Positions 9,426 through 21,344 of a stretch of 64,000 nucleotides of DNA are shown here, in pieces. The position numbers and the translations under genes were made by a program. The stretch is from assembly GCA_004321885.1 (NCBI GenBank), contig SCQK01000013.1, positions 1 through 64,000 on the forward strand, in the 5' to 3' direction. Every line of letters begins with the position of its first letter. The stretch's first letter is position 1. The notes beneath the pieces were generated by a model, which saw nothing but the letters and a program-made list of their open reading frames with translations, was not told the origin of the DNA and ran no database searches. The stretch is from Patescibacteria group bacterium. Lineage in GTDB: Bacteria > Patescibacteriota > Patescibacteriia > Magasanikbacterales > GWA2-37-8.

Positions 9426-10151
9426 ATGCTTTACATTGTCGCGACACCCATCGGCAACCTAGGCGACATCACTTTGCGCGCCTTAGAGACACTCAAAAAT
9501 GTTGATTTTATCTTGTGCGAGGACACGCGCGTGACAAAAAATTTGCTGGCGCATTATAAAATAGAAAAGCCGCTTATCAGTTATCACCAGCACACCGACG
9601 CTCGCAAGACGAAAGAGATCATCGGCCTGCTGGAAAGCGGCAAGAATTTGGCGCTCGTAACCGATGCGGGCACGCCGAGTATTTCCGACCCGGGGGCACA
9701 CAGTTTCCTCCCACTTTTAGGGGGAGGACAGGCCACCACACCAAAGAATTTGGTGTGGTGGCAGGGGAGGGGGTATTCGGTCGTTCCCATTCCAGGTCCA
9801 TCCGCGGTTGTCGCCGCTCTTTCCATTTCCAGCCTCCCCACCGACAAATTTGTGTTCATGGGTTTCCCGCCGCACAAAAACAAGCGACAAAAGTTTTTCA
9901 AAGAAGTGGCCGAGGCCAAACACACAGTCGTGTTCTACGAATCCAGCCACCGCATAAAAAAATGCCTGGCCGAACTGGCGCAGGTCTTGTCGCCAAACAG
10001 ACAAGTGGTTATCTGCCGCGAGCTGACCAAAAAATTTGAGAGCGTTTACCGCGGCACAATTTCCGAAATCGCGTCTCAAACCATTCCCGATAAAGGAGAG
10101 TTTGTGATAGTTATATCCCCCCTTTATAAGGGGAGGACTAAGGATGGGTAA
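9426..10151 (+). CDS. rsmI: 16S rRNA (cytidine1402-2'-O)-methyltransferase RsmI (tetrapyrrole-methylase fold), carrying an in-frame repeat insertion
   Basis: 'MLYIVATPIGNLGDITLRALETLKNVDFILCEDTRVT'. A GC-rich composite palindrome at 9704-9775 is in frame, encoding 'LPLLGGGQATTPKNLVWWQGRGYSVV'. Confidence 0.8.
   Translation: MLYIVATPIGNLGDITLRALETLKNVDFILCEDTRVTKNLLAHYKIEKPLISYHQHTDARKTKEIIGLLESGKNLALVTDAGTPSISDPGAHSFLPLLGGGQATTPKNLVWWQGRGYSVVPIPGPSAVVAALSISSLPTDKFVFMGFPPHKNKRQKFFKEVAEAKHTVVFYESSHRIKKCLAELAQVLSPNRQVVICRELTKKFESVYRGTISEIASQTIPDKGEFVIVISPLYKGRTKDG
9704..9775. repeat. Composite GC-rich repeat: C/G hairpin + 31-nt perfect palindrome GCCACCACACCAAAGAATTTGGTGTGGTGGC + GGGGAGGGGGTA (inside rsmI)
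   Basis: Seen directly. A near-identical 31-nt palindrome (1 mismatch) recurs at 59667-59697. Confidence 0.7.
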
Positions 10152-10160
10152 GATACTGTC

Positions 10161-11702
10161 ATGTTAAACAAATTCTACATCACCACCACCATACCTTACG
10201 CCAACGCGGACCCGCACATCGGGTTTGCTTTGGAAATTTTATACGCCGATATCATGGCGCGCTATAGGCGTCTCTTGGGTGATGACGTATATTTTCTCAC
10301 CGGCACCGACGAGCACGGACAGAAGATGTTGAAAACCGCCAAAGAAGCCGGCCAACCGGTGGAAAAGTTTGCCGCGGAAAAATCCGCCAAGTTCCAAAGT
10401 TTGGCGGACCAGTGCAATATCAGCAACAACGATTTTATCCGTACAACCGAGGAGCGGCATATTAAACGCGCGAAAAAGTTTTGGGAACTGGCGCAGAAAA
10501 ACGGCGACATTTACAAAAAACAATATTCCGGTTTGTATTGCGTGGGCTGCGAGTCGTTCAAGACCGAAAAAGACTTGATGGATGGCAAGTGTTCGCTCCA
10601 CAATACAGCGCCCGAAATACTTACCGAAGAAAATTATTTTTTCCGTTTGTCACGTTTTCAGAAATCGCTGGAAAAATTATTCAAAAAAAATAAAAGTTTC
10701 GTTTATCCGGCCAGCCGCTACAATGAGATGCAAAATGTTTTGCGAAGCGGGCTGGAAGACATAAGCATTTCCCGCGAAAAGAAAAAATTACCATGGGGGA
10801 TAGAAGTGCCCGGCGACGCGGAACAAGTGATGTACGTGTGGTTTGACGCGCTCACCAATTACATCACCGCTTTGGGCTGGGGTTCGGCGGACGAAAGTTT
10901 GTTCAAAAAATACTGGCCGGCCGACGCGCACGTCGTCGGCAAAGACGTCAACCGTTTTCACTCTTTGCTCTGGCCGGCGATGCTGTTATCGGTGGGAATT
11001 GATTTGCCCAAGCAAATCGCGGTGCACGGATTTATTTACGTAGACGGACAAAAGATGAGTAAGTCGCTGGGCAACGTGGTCAACCCCGATGAACTTTCGG
11101 CAAAATATCCGCTGGACAGCGTCCGCTATTTTTTCGCGCGCGAAATACCTTTTGACAACGACGGCGATTTTACCAATGAAAAATTCGTTGAAAGATATAA
11201 CGCCGACCTGGCCAACGGCATCGGCAATCTTACCAGTCGCGTGTTGACAATGGTGGAAAAAACCGGCGGTGTCGTGCCAGCCGCCGAAAAGAAAAACGCC
11301 AAATGGCAGAGTCTGGTTACAAAAACCTGGAAAGAATACGCGGGATTTTTGGCCCAGTGGCGTTTTGACCGCGCCTTGGAAACCGTCTGGAAGTTTGTGT
11401 CTTTTTGCGACCAGACCATTTCCGAAAAACAGCCGTGGAAAATGGTCAAACAACTGTCATTCCCGCGAAAGCGGGAATCCATGTCGGAATTGGAAGATTT
11501 ACTTTTTTATCTCTGCGAATCATTGCGCCAAATCGCGGTAATGCTCTTGCCGTTTATGCCCGACACGACGGACAAAATTTTTGTCCGGTTGGGTCTGGAC
11601 GCCGGCAAAGAACTGGCCAAATCGTTTTCCGAATTGCGGACCTGGACCGATATTTCTGGCAACAAAATTAGCAAAGGCGAACCATTGTTCCCAAGAATTT
11701 AA
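10161..11702 (+). CDS. metG: Methionyl-tRNA synthetase (core only, no C-terminal tRNA-binding domain)
   Basis: HIGH-class motif 'PYANADPHIGF', KMSKS 'KMSKSLGN', Zn knuckle 'CVGCESF...C'. A short in-frame hairpin insert at 11455-11480 encodes 'LSFPRKRESMS'. Confidence 0.9.
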   Translation: MLNKFYITTTIPYANADPHIGFALEILYADIMARYRRLLGDDVYFLTGTDEHGQKMLKTAKEAGQPVEKFAAEKSAKFQSLADQCNISNNDFIRTTEERHIKRAKKFWELAQKNGDIYKKQYSGLYCVGCESFKTEKDLMDGKCSLHNTAPEILTEENYFFRLSRFQKSLEKLFKKNKSFVYPASRYNEMQNVLRSGLEDISISREKKKLPWGIEVPGDAEQVMYVWFDALTNYITALGWGSADESLFKKYWPADAHVVGKDVNRFHSLLWPAMLLSVGIDLPKQIAVHGFIYVDGQKMSKSLGNVVNPDELSAKYPLDSVRYFFAREIPFDNDGDFTNEKFVERYNADLANGIGNLTSRVLTMVEKTGGVVPAAEKKNAKWQSLVTKTWKEYAGFLAQWRFDRALETVWKFVSFCDQTISEKQPWKMVKQLSFPRKRESMSELEDLLFYLCESLRQIAVMLLPFMPDTTDKIFVRLGLDAGKELAKSFSELRTWTDISGNKISKGEPLFPRI

Positions 11703-11754
11703 TAATGTCATTGCGACCCCCGACGTCACGTCGGGGGGAAGCAATCCCACGCGT

Positions 11755-12279
11755 ATGTCTTTATTTGATATTTTCCTCCTCATCATCATCGCCGGGTTCG
11801 GACTCTATGGCATGTGGTTCGGACTGGTGCGCGCCGTGGGCCGCCTTATCAGTTTGGTGGTCGGTTTGTATTTGGCCGGCAAATACTACGAACCCATGGC
11901 CAACTGGCTGATGAATTTCACCGGCTGGAAACCCAATTTTTCCAAGGTGCTTGTTTTTATTATCGCCTTTATCATTATTTCCCGGCTGGTAGGGCTGGTA
12001 TTTTGGTTTTTGGAAAAGGTGTTCAGTATTTTTACGCGCCTGCCGGTGATAAAAAGTTTGGACCGGCTTTTGGGTTTGGTTTTTGGTTTGTTGGAAGGAG
12101 CGATAATTCTGGGCGTGATTTTTTATTTCATCGCCCGTTTTCCGGTGAGCAAATGGCTGATGGATCAGCTCGTCGCGTCCGCGGTGGCGCCCTACACTGT
12201 TAAAATCGCGTCGTTTTTATGGCCGCTTCTGCCCGAAGCCCTGCGCGTGCTCCAAAGCGCGGTAAAAGGAATTTTGTGA
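11755..12279 (+). CDS. cvpA: CvpA-family membrane protein (colicin V production protein-like)
   Basis: ATG at 11755 follows the repeat element at 11706-11748. Four TM helices. The upstream part of ORF 11581..12279 overlaps metG and the repeat. Confidence 0.6.
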   Translation: MSLFDIFLLIIIAGFGLYGMWFGLVRAVGRLISLVVGLYLAGKYYEPMANWLMNFTGWKPNFSKVLVFIIAFIIISRLVGLVFWFLEKVFSIFTRLPVIKSLDRLLGLVFGLLEGAIILGVIFYFIARFPVSKWLMDQLVASAVAPYTVKIASFLWPLLPEALRVLQSAVKGIL

Positions 12280-13127
12280 TAGACACTCATTGCCACGTAC
12301 AATTTAAGGCGTTTGCCAAAGACAGCGATGAGGTGATAAAGCGATGCGCCGAGAAGGGCGTTGTTTTAAATGTGGTTGGCACGCAAAAAGACACCAGCGC
12401 TATGGCCGTGAAGTTCGCGGAAAAATACGATAATATTTTCGCCACGGTGGGCTTGCATCCCATTCATACCTGCTCCACCGAAGTTGACGAGGAGGAAATT
12501 ACTTTTAAGTCGCGAGAAGAAGAATTTGATTACGAATACTACAAAAAACTCGCCTCTCATCCGAAAGTTATCGCGATAGGGGAGTGTGGGCTGGAGCTTT
12601 TTCATTTACCAAAAAAAATAGACAAGGATGATTGCCTGAAAACACAAAAGAAAAATTTTATCGCGCAAATTGATTTGGCGCGAGAACTGGATTTGCCGCT
12701 GGTGATTCACGTGCGCGACGCGTACGAAGAGACATTGTCTGTCATTGCGAACGAAGTGAAGCAATCCCATCCGTTAAAGGGCGTCATTCATTGCTACTCG
12801 TCCGACTGGCCGACCGCCCAAAAATTTTTAAACCTTGGATTTTACATCGGTTTCACTTCCATCATCACCTTTCCGCCCCGCAAAACAAACCCCAAGCCGG
12901 ATTTTGACCTGGTGGAAGTGGTAAAAAATTGTCCGCTGGACAAAATTTTGATAGAAACCGACGCGCCCTACCTGGCTCCGCAGGCGTATAGGGGCAAACG
13001 GTGCGAACCGTGGATGGTGGAGGAAGTAGCCAAGAAAATCGCGGAAATAAAGGGTTTAAGCTTCAAAGAAGTGGTTGAAATCAGCGAAAATAACGCAAAA
13101 AAACTTTTCAACAAGCTAAAATCTTGA
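12219..13127 (+). CDS. tatD: TatD-family metal-dependent DNase/hydrolase
   Basis: Motifs 'IDTHCH', 'GECGLE', 'HVRDA', 'ETDAPY'. Start is uncertain: ATG 12219 overlaps cvpA, while GTG 12276 overlaps only the cvpA stop. Confidence 0.8.
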   Translation: MAASARSPARAPKRGKRNFVIDTHCHVQFKAFAKDSDEVIKRCAEKGVVLNVVGTQKDTSAMAVKFAEKYDNIFATVGLHPIHTCSTEVDEEEITFKSREEEFDYEYYKKLASHPKVIAIGECGLELFHLPKKIDKDDCLKTQKKNFIAQIDLARELDLPLVIHVRDAYEETLSVIANEVKQSHPLKGVIHCYSSDWPTAQKFLNLGFYIGFTSIITFPPRKTNPKPDFDLVEVVKNCPLDKILIETDAPYLAPQAYRGKRCEPWMVEEVAKKIAEIKGLSFKEVVEISENNAKKLFNKLKS

Positions 13128-13163
13128 CCTTTTCAAGGTTTTTTAGTAGAATATTGTCGCACT

Positions 13164-13394
13164 ATGAGCGACCGCAAGTATTACATGTTTGGTTTGAAAA
13201 TCGCCGGCGACTTCGGGATAAGCATTGCCGCGCCCGTGGTGTTGTTCGCTTTGTTGGGGCAATATCTGGATGAGAAATACAACACGGGTCCATGGCTCTT
13301 AATTGTCGGTTTTGTTTTGGCCGCGGCCATCTCGGCGAAACTTATTTACAAAAAAGCGAAAAGGTACGGAGATGAGTATCAGAAAATGAAATGA
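13164..13394 (+). CDS. AtpZ/AtpI-like small membrane protein preceding the atp operon
   Basis: 76 aa, two TM helices, immediately upstream of atpB. Confidence 0.5.
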   Translation: MSDRKYYMFGLKIAGDFGISIAAPVVLFALLGQYLDEKYNTGPWLLIVGFVLAAAISAKLIYKKAKRYGDEYQKMK

Positions 13395-13437
13395 CCCCTC
13401 CCTAACCCTCCCCTTAGCAAGGGGAGGGGAAACACTT
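13395..13437. repeat. GC-rich C-tract/G-tract hairpin repeat carrying the SD, immediately before the atpB ATG (family copy)
   Basis: 'cccctccctaaccctccccttagcaaggggaggggaaacactt|ATG'. Same architecture at 1336-1376, 8660-8686, 10116-10148, 17207-17249, 21164-21204, 38877-38933. Confidence 0.7.
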
Positions 13438-14211
13438 ATGCACATACCCACACTGGCTCCTGAAACACTATTTCACGTCGGTCAGTTCCCAGTCACGAAC
13501 ACGATAATAAATGTTTGGCTGGCCATAGTTATTTTTTTGATAATCGGTCTGTGCTTGCGCCGGCGTTTGGGCGTGCGGCCGGGCAAGATGCAAAACTTCA
13601 TTGAATATTTTTTGGAAATACTGCTGGGCTATTTTGACCAGGTTACCGGCGATCGGAAAAAAACCATGAAATTTCTTCCGCTGGCCGGTTCCATTTTTTT
13701 CTTCATCCTGCTTTCCAACTGGCTGGGCCTTATTCCCGGCACCGGCAGTATCACCTTTGGCGGCAAAATGCTTTTGCGCCCCGCCAACACCGATCTCAAC
13801 CTCACGGTTTCCATGGCTTTGGTTTCGGTTGTGGCCTCGCATTTGTTTGGTCTGATTACCGTGGGTGTTTTCACGCATTTGAACAAATTTGTCCAGATCG
13901 GCACTTTGATAAAAAGTTTTCGCAAAGGGCCGATGGCAATTTTTACCGCCATCATTGAAGTCGCGGTAGGTTTTATAGAAATAATCAGCGAGATGGCCAA
14001 GGTACTGTCGCTCTCACTCCGGTTGTTCGGTAATATTTTCGCCGGCGAGGTGCTGATGACCGTGATGAGCAGTTTGGTCGGCTTACTCGTGCCCACGCCC
14101 TTTATGTTGTTGGAACTGCTGGTCGGTTTGATACAAGCGGCGGTGTTTACCATGTTGACCTTGGTGTATTTGACGGTACTGACCACCGAACCGGCGCATG
14201 AAGAACATTAA
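13438..14211 (+). CDS. atpB: F0F1 ATP synthase subunit a
   Basis: Conserved 'LSLRLFGNIFAGE' helix carrying the essential Arg. 257 aa. Confidence 0.9.
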   Translation: MHIPTLAPETLFHVGQFPVTNTIINVWLAIVIFLIIGLCLRRRLGVRPGKMQNFIEYFLEILLGYFDQVTGDRKKTMKFLPLAGSIFFFILLSNWLGLIPGTGSITFGGKMLLRPANTDLNLTVSMALVSVVASHLFGLITVGVFTHLNKFVQIGTLIKSFRKGPMAIFTAIIEVAVGFIEIISEMAKVLSLSLRLFGNIFAGEVLMTVMSSLVGLLVPTPFMLLELLVGLIQAAVFTMLTLVYLTVLTTEPAHEEH

Positions 14212-14360
14212 AGTGTCATCCTGAACTTGTTTCAGGATCTCCAATCGCGAACGGAGATGCTGAAATAAATTCAGCATGACAATTAATAATTAATGCGGCG
14301 TTACGCGAGGTAAAATAATTCATTTCCTCCTCGACGTAAGTCGCAAGAAAGGTCCATAAT

Positions 14361-14582
14361 ATGGAACACGAATCAATCGTGGTGCTGGCCAAAGCCATGG
14401 CCATCGCTATCGGCGGTTTCGCCCCGGCTCTGGCCATCGGTCGTTTGGTGGCCAAGGCATTGGAATCAATCGGACGCAATCCCGAGGCCTCAGGCAAGGT
14501 ATTTGTTCCGATGTTGCTCGGCGCCGCTTTCGCCGAAGCCATCGCCATTTACGCGTTGGTGGTGGTATTCACTTTGAAGTAA
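14361..14582 (+). CDS. atpE: F0F1 ATP synthase subunit c
   Basis: 73-aa hairpin proteolipid: 'IGRNPEA', 'AFAEAIAIYALVV'. Confidence 0.85.
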   Translation: MEHESIVVLAKAMAIAIGGFAPALAIGRLVAKALESIGRNPEASGKVFVPMLLGAAFAEAIAIYALVVVFTLK

Positions 14583-14633
14583 TTTTATGCGGCCGGTTGC
14601 TTCGGGCGACCGGCTCAATAAAATTATTTACAT

Positions 14634-15203
14634 ATGTTTCTAATTGACATAGCGTACGCGTCAGAATCAGCCGAAGCGGCCGCCGAAACCGCCAGCGGCG
14701 GGGGAGTGCTGGCTTCGCTCGGCATAGACCCCGTTCTTTTGATTTTTCAGCTTATCAACTTCGCGGTGGTCGCCGCTATTTTGTGGTTTTTGATTTTGAA
14801 ACCCCTCACCAAAAAAATGGCGGAAAGGCAGAACATGATAGACGACAGTTTGCAAAACGTGAAAAAGATTGAAGACAATCTGGCCAGGAGCGAACAAAAA
14901 TATCAGGAAAGAATTGACCAGGCGAAAGTGGAAGCGAGCAAAATTTTGGAGAAGACCAATCAGGAAGCGGTTGAGCTCGGCGACAATTTGAAGAAAAAAG
15001 CGAAAAAAGAAATTGAACTTTTGGTGGACCAGGCCAAACGCAACATCAAGATAGAACACGACGAGATGGCCGCTCAAATCAGGGCCAGCGCCGCCGAATT
15101 GGTGGTCGCCGCGGTGGAAAAAGTTTTGGGCGAAAAATTAAAAGAGTCGGATGATAAAAAAGTAATCAGCCACGCCTTGAAGGATCTGGGCGAGAAATTA
15201 TAA
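14634..15203 (+). CDS. atpF: F0F1 ATP synthase subunit b
   Basis: N-terminal TM helix followed by a long charged coiled coil. Sits in the operon position. Confidence 0.8.
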   Translation: MFLIDIAYASESAEAAAETASGGGVLASLGIDPVLLIFQLINFAVVAAILWFLILKPLTKKMAERQNMIDDSLQNVKKIEDNLARSEQKYQERIDQAKVEASKILEKTNQEAVELGDNLKKKAKKEIELLVDQAKRNIKIEHDEMAAQIRASAAELVVAAVEKVLGEKLKESDDKKVISHALKDLGEKL

Positions 15204-15211
15204 TAATAGAT

Positions 15212-15598
15212 GTGAAAAGAACCAACAAACAATTTGCCGTGGCTTTGTACGAATTGACGCTGGAAGCGACAGCCAAAACATTGCCGGACATACTGCGCGC
15301 TTTCGCGGCCTTGCTGGCGCGTGAGCACAAATTGCGCCGCGCCGATGGCATTATCAAAGAGTTTGAAAAATATTCCAAAGCGAAATCCGGGGCGCGGGAA
15401 ATAGAGGTGGAAGCGGCCAGAGAATTGAGCGGAGCCGTGAAAAAAGAAATCAGCGCGCTTTTCGGAGGCAAGGCGGAGATAACCGAGAAAATAGATCCGT
15501 CACTGCTGGGCGGCGTGCGCGTCAAAATCGGAGACGAGATTTTCGACGCCAGTTTACGCAAACAATTACAAAGATTACAAACACAACTAACAATTTAA
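15212..15598 (+). CDS. atpH: F0F1 ATP synthase subunit delta (OSCP), short form
   Basis: C-terminal OSCP-like 'LLGGVRVKIGDEIFDASLRKQLQRL'. Operon position. Confidence 0.7.
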   Translation: MKRTNKQFAVALYELTLEATAKTLPDILRAFAALLAREHKLRRADGIIKEFEKYSKAKSGAREIEVEAARELSGAVKKEISALFGGKAEITEKIDPSLLGGVRVKIGDEIFDASLRKQLQRLQTQLTI

Positions 15599-15669
15599 TG
15601 TCATTGCGAGGAGCGAAGCGACGAAGCAATCCCATGAGATTGCTTCGACCCTGCGGGTCTCGCAATGAC
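15599..15669. repeat. Full-length copy of the 'TGTCATTGCGAGGAGCGAAGCGACGAAGCAATCC...CTCGCAATGACA' hairpin element (intergenic, atpH-atpA)
   Basis: Outer stem gtcattgcgag/ctcgcaatgac, inner stem gaagcaatc/gattgcttc. Shorter copies sit at 11706-11748, 11455-11480, 17904-17931, 21411-21447, 21679-21712, 21892-21974, 32910-32940, 55979-56027, 58629-58650 and 60107-60164. Confidence 0.7.
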
Positions 15670-15683
15670 AAACTAAAATTTAT

Positions 15684-17204
15684 ATGCACACAAACGCAAT
15701 CGTGGAAGAACTGAAAAAAAATATTACGCACTTTAAGCGTGAGATTGAAAAAGAAGAAGTCGGCGCCGTGCTCGAAGTCGGCGACGGCATCGCCAGAATC
15801 AGCGGGCTTTCCAAATGTCAGTCCAGCGAGATGTTGGAATTCCCCGCCTCCGCTAAAGCTGCGGCGGGCAAGCCGGGCGAGGTCGTTTATGGTGTAGCTC
15901 TCAATTTGGAAGAAGAAACAGTCGGCTGCGTGCTACTAGGCGAATACGAACATATTAAACAAGGCGACTTGGTGAAGCGCACCGGCCGCGTGTTGTCCGT
16001 GCCGGTGGGCGAGGGACTGGTCGGCCGCGTGGTCAACCCTTTGGGCCAGGCCATAGACGGCGGCAAGGAAATCAAGAGCGACAAATTTTATCCCATTGAA
16101 AAAATCGCGCCGGGCGTGATGTCGCGCGAACGCGTCAGCCAACCCGTGCAAACCGGCATCAAGGCGATTGACGCCATGATACCGATCGGTCGCGGCCAGC
16201 GCGAATTGATTATCGGCGACAGGCAGACAGGCAAGACCGCCGTGGCCATAGACGCCATCATCAACCAAAAAGGCAAAGACATGCTTTGCGTTTACGTGGC
16301 TATCGGCCAAAAAGAATCCAAAGTGGCGCGCATCGTGGCCAAGCTGGAAGAAACCGGCGCCATGGATTACACCATCGTGGTGGTGGCCGGCGCTTCCATG
16401 CCCGCCTCGCTGTCATATATCGCGCCATACGCCGGCGTGGCCATGGCCGAGTATTTTATGGACCAGGGCAAAGACGTTTTATGCGTCTACGACGATTTAT
16501 CCAAACAGGCCTGGGCTTATCGCGAAATTTCATTGCTATTACGCAGACCGCCGGGACGCGAGGCCTATCCGGGCGACGTGTTCTACTTGCACTCTCGTTT
16601 ATTGGAACGCGCTTGCCGCCGCAACAAAGAAGCGGGCGGCGGTTCCATCACCGCTTTGCCGATTATTGAAACGCAAGCCAGCGACGTCACCGCGTATATC
16701 CCCACCAACGTCATTTCCATCACCGACGGGCAGATATTTTTGGAAACCGATTTGTTCTATCGCGGCATTCGTCCGGCCTTGAACGTGGGTATTTCCGTGT
16801 CGCGCGTGGGCGGTGACGCTCAAATCAAACCAATGAAAAAAGTGGCGGGCAAATTGAAATTGGCCATGGCCCAATTTCGTGAGCTGGAGGCTTTTGCGCA
16901 ATTTGCCAGCGACCTTGACCCGGAAACCAAAAAACAAATAGACCGCGGTCAGCGCATTACCGAACTGCTTAAACAGCCGCAGTACAGGCCCTACGCCGTG
17001 GAAGATCAGGTGGCGGGCATTTACGCCGTTAACAATGGTTTCTTTGATGACGTCGCGGTACAAGATGTGCTGGAAACCGAACAAAAGTTTCTGACTTATC
17101 TGAACAAAACCAAGCGCGTTTTGTTGGATAAAATCGCGGCAAAAGAATGGGACGATAAAATAGAAAAAGAATTGAAAGAAGCGTGCGAAGGGTTTAAGCG
17201 ATAA
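15684..17204 (+). CDS. atpA: F0F1 ATP synthase subunit alpha
   Basis: P-loop 'GDRQTGKT'. Length 506 aa. Confidence 0.95.
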   Translation: MHTNAIVEELKKNITHFKREIEKEEVGAVLEVGDGIARISGLSKCQSSEMLEFPASAKAAAGKPGEVVYGVALNLEEETVGCVLLGEYEHIKQGDLVKRTGRVLSVPVGEGLVGRVVNPLGQAIDGGKEIKSDKFYPIEKIAPGVMSRERVSQPVQTGIKAIDAMIPIGRGQRELIIGDRQTGKTAVAIDAIINQKGKDMLCVYVAIGQKESKVARIVAKLEETGAMDYTIVVVAGASMPASLSYIAPYAGVAMAEYFMDQGKDVLCVYDDLSKQAWAYREISLLLRRPPGREAYPGDVFYLHSRLLERACRRNKEAGGGSITALPIIETQASDVTAYIPTNVISITDGQIFLETDLFYRGIRPALNVGISVSRVGGDAQIKPMKKVAGKLKLAMAQFRELEAFAQFASDLDPETKKQIDRGQRITELLKQPQYRPYAVEDQVAGIYAVNNGFFDDVAVQDVLETEQKFLTYLNKTKRVLLDKIAAKEWDDKIEKELKEACEGFKR

Positions 17205-17249
17205 TTTTCTCCCCCTTTATAAGGGGGAGACGAAGAGGGGGTAAACATT

Positions 17250-18209
17250 ATGGCGGTTAACACCAAAGCAATTAAGCGCCGCATCAAATCCGTGGGCAGT
17301 ACGCGCAAGATCACGAAAGCCATGGAGATGGTAGCCGCGGCCAAAATGCGCAAAGCTGTGAACGCGGCTTTGGACACCCGCGCCTATGCCAAACTGGCCT
17401 GGGACTTGCTTGTTGATTTGGCGAAATCGCAAAAGGCAAAGATCCCGTTGTTGGACGTGCGGCCCGTGAAAAAACTTTTAGTGGTGCTTATCACTTCCAA
17501 CCGCGGGTTGTGCGGCAGTTTCAACGCCAATATTATCCGCAAAACCGCCGAGCAATTGAAAAATCCGGCCAACATCAGCCGACAGCGGGTAAAAGGCAAA
17601 CAAGTTGAGCCCGAGCAAAGCATTGAAGTGGATATTATCGGCATCGGCAAAAAAGGCGCGGATTTCGCGCGCAAAACCGGCCATCATTTGGAGGCGTCAT
17701 TTTCCGAATTCAGCGACACGCCCGCCATGGCCGACGCCCTGCCCATCAGCCGGATGATTATCGGCGATTACGAAAACAAAAAGTACGATAAAGTGGTGGT
17801 GGCTTACACTGATTTCAAATCCACCATCGCGCAAATAGCCAAGTTGCGACAAGTACTGCCGATTTCCGAACAGGATTTGGAGAAGATGATGATTGACAGT
17901 GAAGTCATTGCGAGCGAAGCGAAGCAATCCCAAACACAAACGCTGGAACTCTCTGAATACTTATTTGAACCGAACAAACTTGATGTTTTGAAAATAATTT
18001 TACCGCGTCTGGTGGAAGTGCAGATTTTTCAAGCCATGCTGGAATCGGCGGCTAGCGAACACAGCAGTCGCATGCTCGCTATGAGAAACGCCAGCGACGC
18101 GGCCGAGGACATGATTAAAGAATTAAATTTGAATTTTAACAAAGCGCGGCAGGCGGCGATCACGCAGGAAATCGCGGAAATCGCTGGCGGCGCCGCGGCA
18201 TTGGATTAA
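17250..18209 (+). CDS. atpG: F0F1 ATP synthase subunit gamma, carrying an in-frame 'GTCATTGCGAGCGAAGCGAAGCAATCC' element
   Basis: N-terminal 'IKRRIKSVGSTRKITKAMEMVAAAKMRKA' and C-terminal 'ITQEIAEI'. The repeat at 17904-17931 encodes 'EVIASEAKQSQ'. Confidence 0.9.
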   Translation: MAVNTKAIKRRIKSVGSTRKITKAMEMVAAAKMRKAVNAALDTRAYAKLAWDLLVDLAKSQKAKIPLLDVRPVKKLLVVLITSNRGLCGSFNANIIRKTAEQLKNPANISRQRVKGKQVEPEQSIEVDIIGIGKKGADFARKTGHHLEASFSEFSDTPAMADALPISRMIIGDYENKKYDKVVVAYTDFKSTIAQIAKLRQVLPISEQDLEKMMIDSEVIASEAKQSQTQTLELSEYLFEPNKLDVLKIILPRLVEVQIFQAMLESAASEHSSRMLAMRNASDAAEDMIKELNLNFNKARQAAITQEIAEIAGGAAALD

Positions 18210-18212
18210 TTT

Positions 18213-20664
<2,452 letters not shown>

Positions 20665-20666
20665 TT

Positions 20667-21101
20667 ATGGCCACGCTCAAATTCAAAATCGTGACGCCGG
20701 AAAAAACCGTTTACGAAAACGATATTTTTCAGGTTTCCATTCCGACCATGACCGGCGAAATCACGATTTTGCCGAACCACATTCCTTTGGTTTCTATTTT
20801 GAAATCCGGAGAAATGAAAGTTGTTGACAAACTCGGCGAACAATACATCGCCGTGGCCGGCGGATTTTTGGAAGTGAAAGGCAACAATGAAGTCGTGATT
20901 CTGGCCGACAACGCCGAGCGCGCTGAAGAAATTGACATTACCCGCGCCGAAGAAGCGCGCCAGCGAGCCGAAGAGCAGATGAAACAGGTCAAAACCGTGC
21001 AAGACATTGATTTCGCCAAACTGCAAGCGGTAATAGACCGTGAAATGAACCGCATCAGAGTGGGGAAGAAGTATAAAAAACTACCACAGCAGCATTCCTA
21101 A
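20667..21101 (+). CDS. atpC: F0F1 ATP synthase subunit epsilon
   Basis: N-terminal beta-sandwich 'KIVTPEKTVYENDIFQVSIPTMTGEITILPNHIPLVS' and C-terminal helical hairpin. Confidence 0.85.
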   Translation: MATLKFKIVTPEKTVYENDIFQVSIPTMTGEITILPNHIPLVSILKSGEMKVVDKLGEQYIAVAGGFLEVKGNNEVVILADNAERAEEIDITRAEEARQRAEEQMKQVKTVQDIDFAKLQAVIDREMNRIRVGKKYKKLPQQHS

Positions 21102-21103
21102 AC

Positions 21104-21137
21104 AAAGAAAAACCCGGCCTTGTGCCGGGTTTTTTAA
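21104..21137 (+). terminator. Rho-independent terminator of the atp operon
   Basis: 'aaacccggccttgtgccgggtttttt': GC stem plus T-run directly after the atpC stop. Confidence 0.8.
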
Positions 21138-21210
21138 TCTGGTATAGTAAGTAAAGCAAAGTTTTCCTCCCCTTGATAAGGGGAGGACTAAGGAGGGGTA
21201 ATAATGCGCT

Positions 21211-21342
21211 ATGGAAAAATGCGCCAAATGTAGCATGCCGCTGGAAGCCGAGGAGGTCACTTGCGCGTGCAATGACACGCTTTGCGTTCATTGTTGCGAT
21301 TGCGGGTCTGACTGCGGATGCGAATGCGCCCAGAAAAAGTAG
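21211..21342 (+). CDS. Unannotated 43-aa cysteine-rich peptide (11 Cys): metallothionein-like or zinc-ribbon mini-protein
   Basis: My own translation: MEKCAKCSMPLEAEEVTCACNDTLCVHCCDCGSDCGCECAQKK*. Preceded by the repeat-element SD (AGGAGGGGTAATA). A 9-codon uORF (ATG 21205) overlaps its start. Confidence 0.45.
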   Translation: MEKCAKCSMPLEAEEVTCACNDTLCVHCCDCGSDCGCECAQKK

Positions 21343-21344
21343 GT

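Noticed and set aside
11581-11754. Upstream part of ORF 11581..12279
   Set aside because: It overlaps the metG C-terminus and then reads through the intergenic repeat element. CvpA starts at 11755.
21205-21233. 9-codon ORF MRYGKMRQM as a gene
   Set aside because: Too short and of unremarkable composition. More plausibly it is a uORF coupled to the overlapping Cys-rich peptide ORF. It is mentioned within that finding instead.
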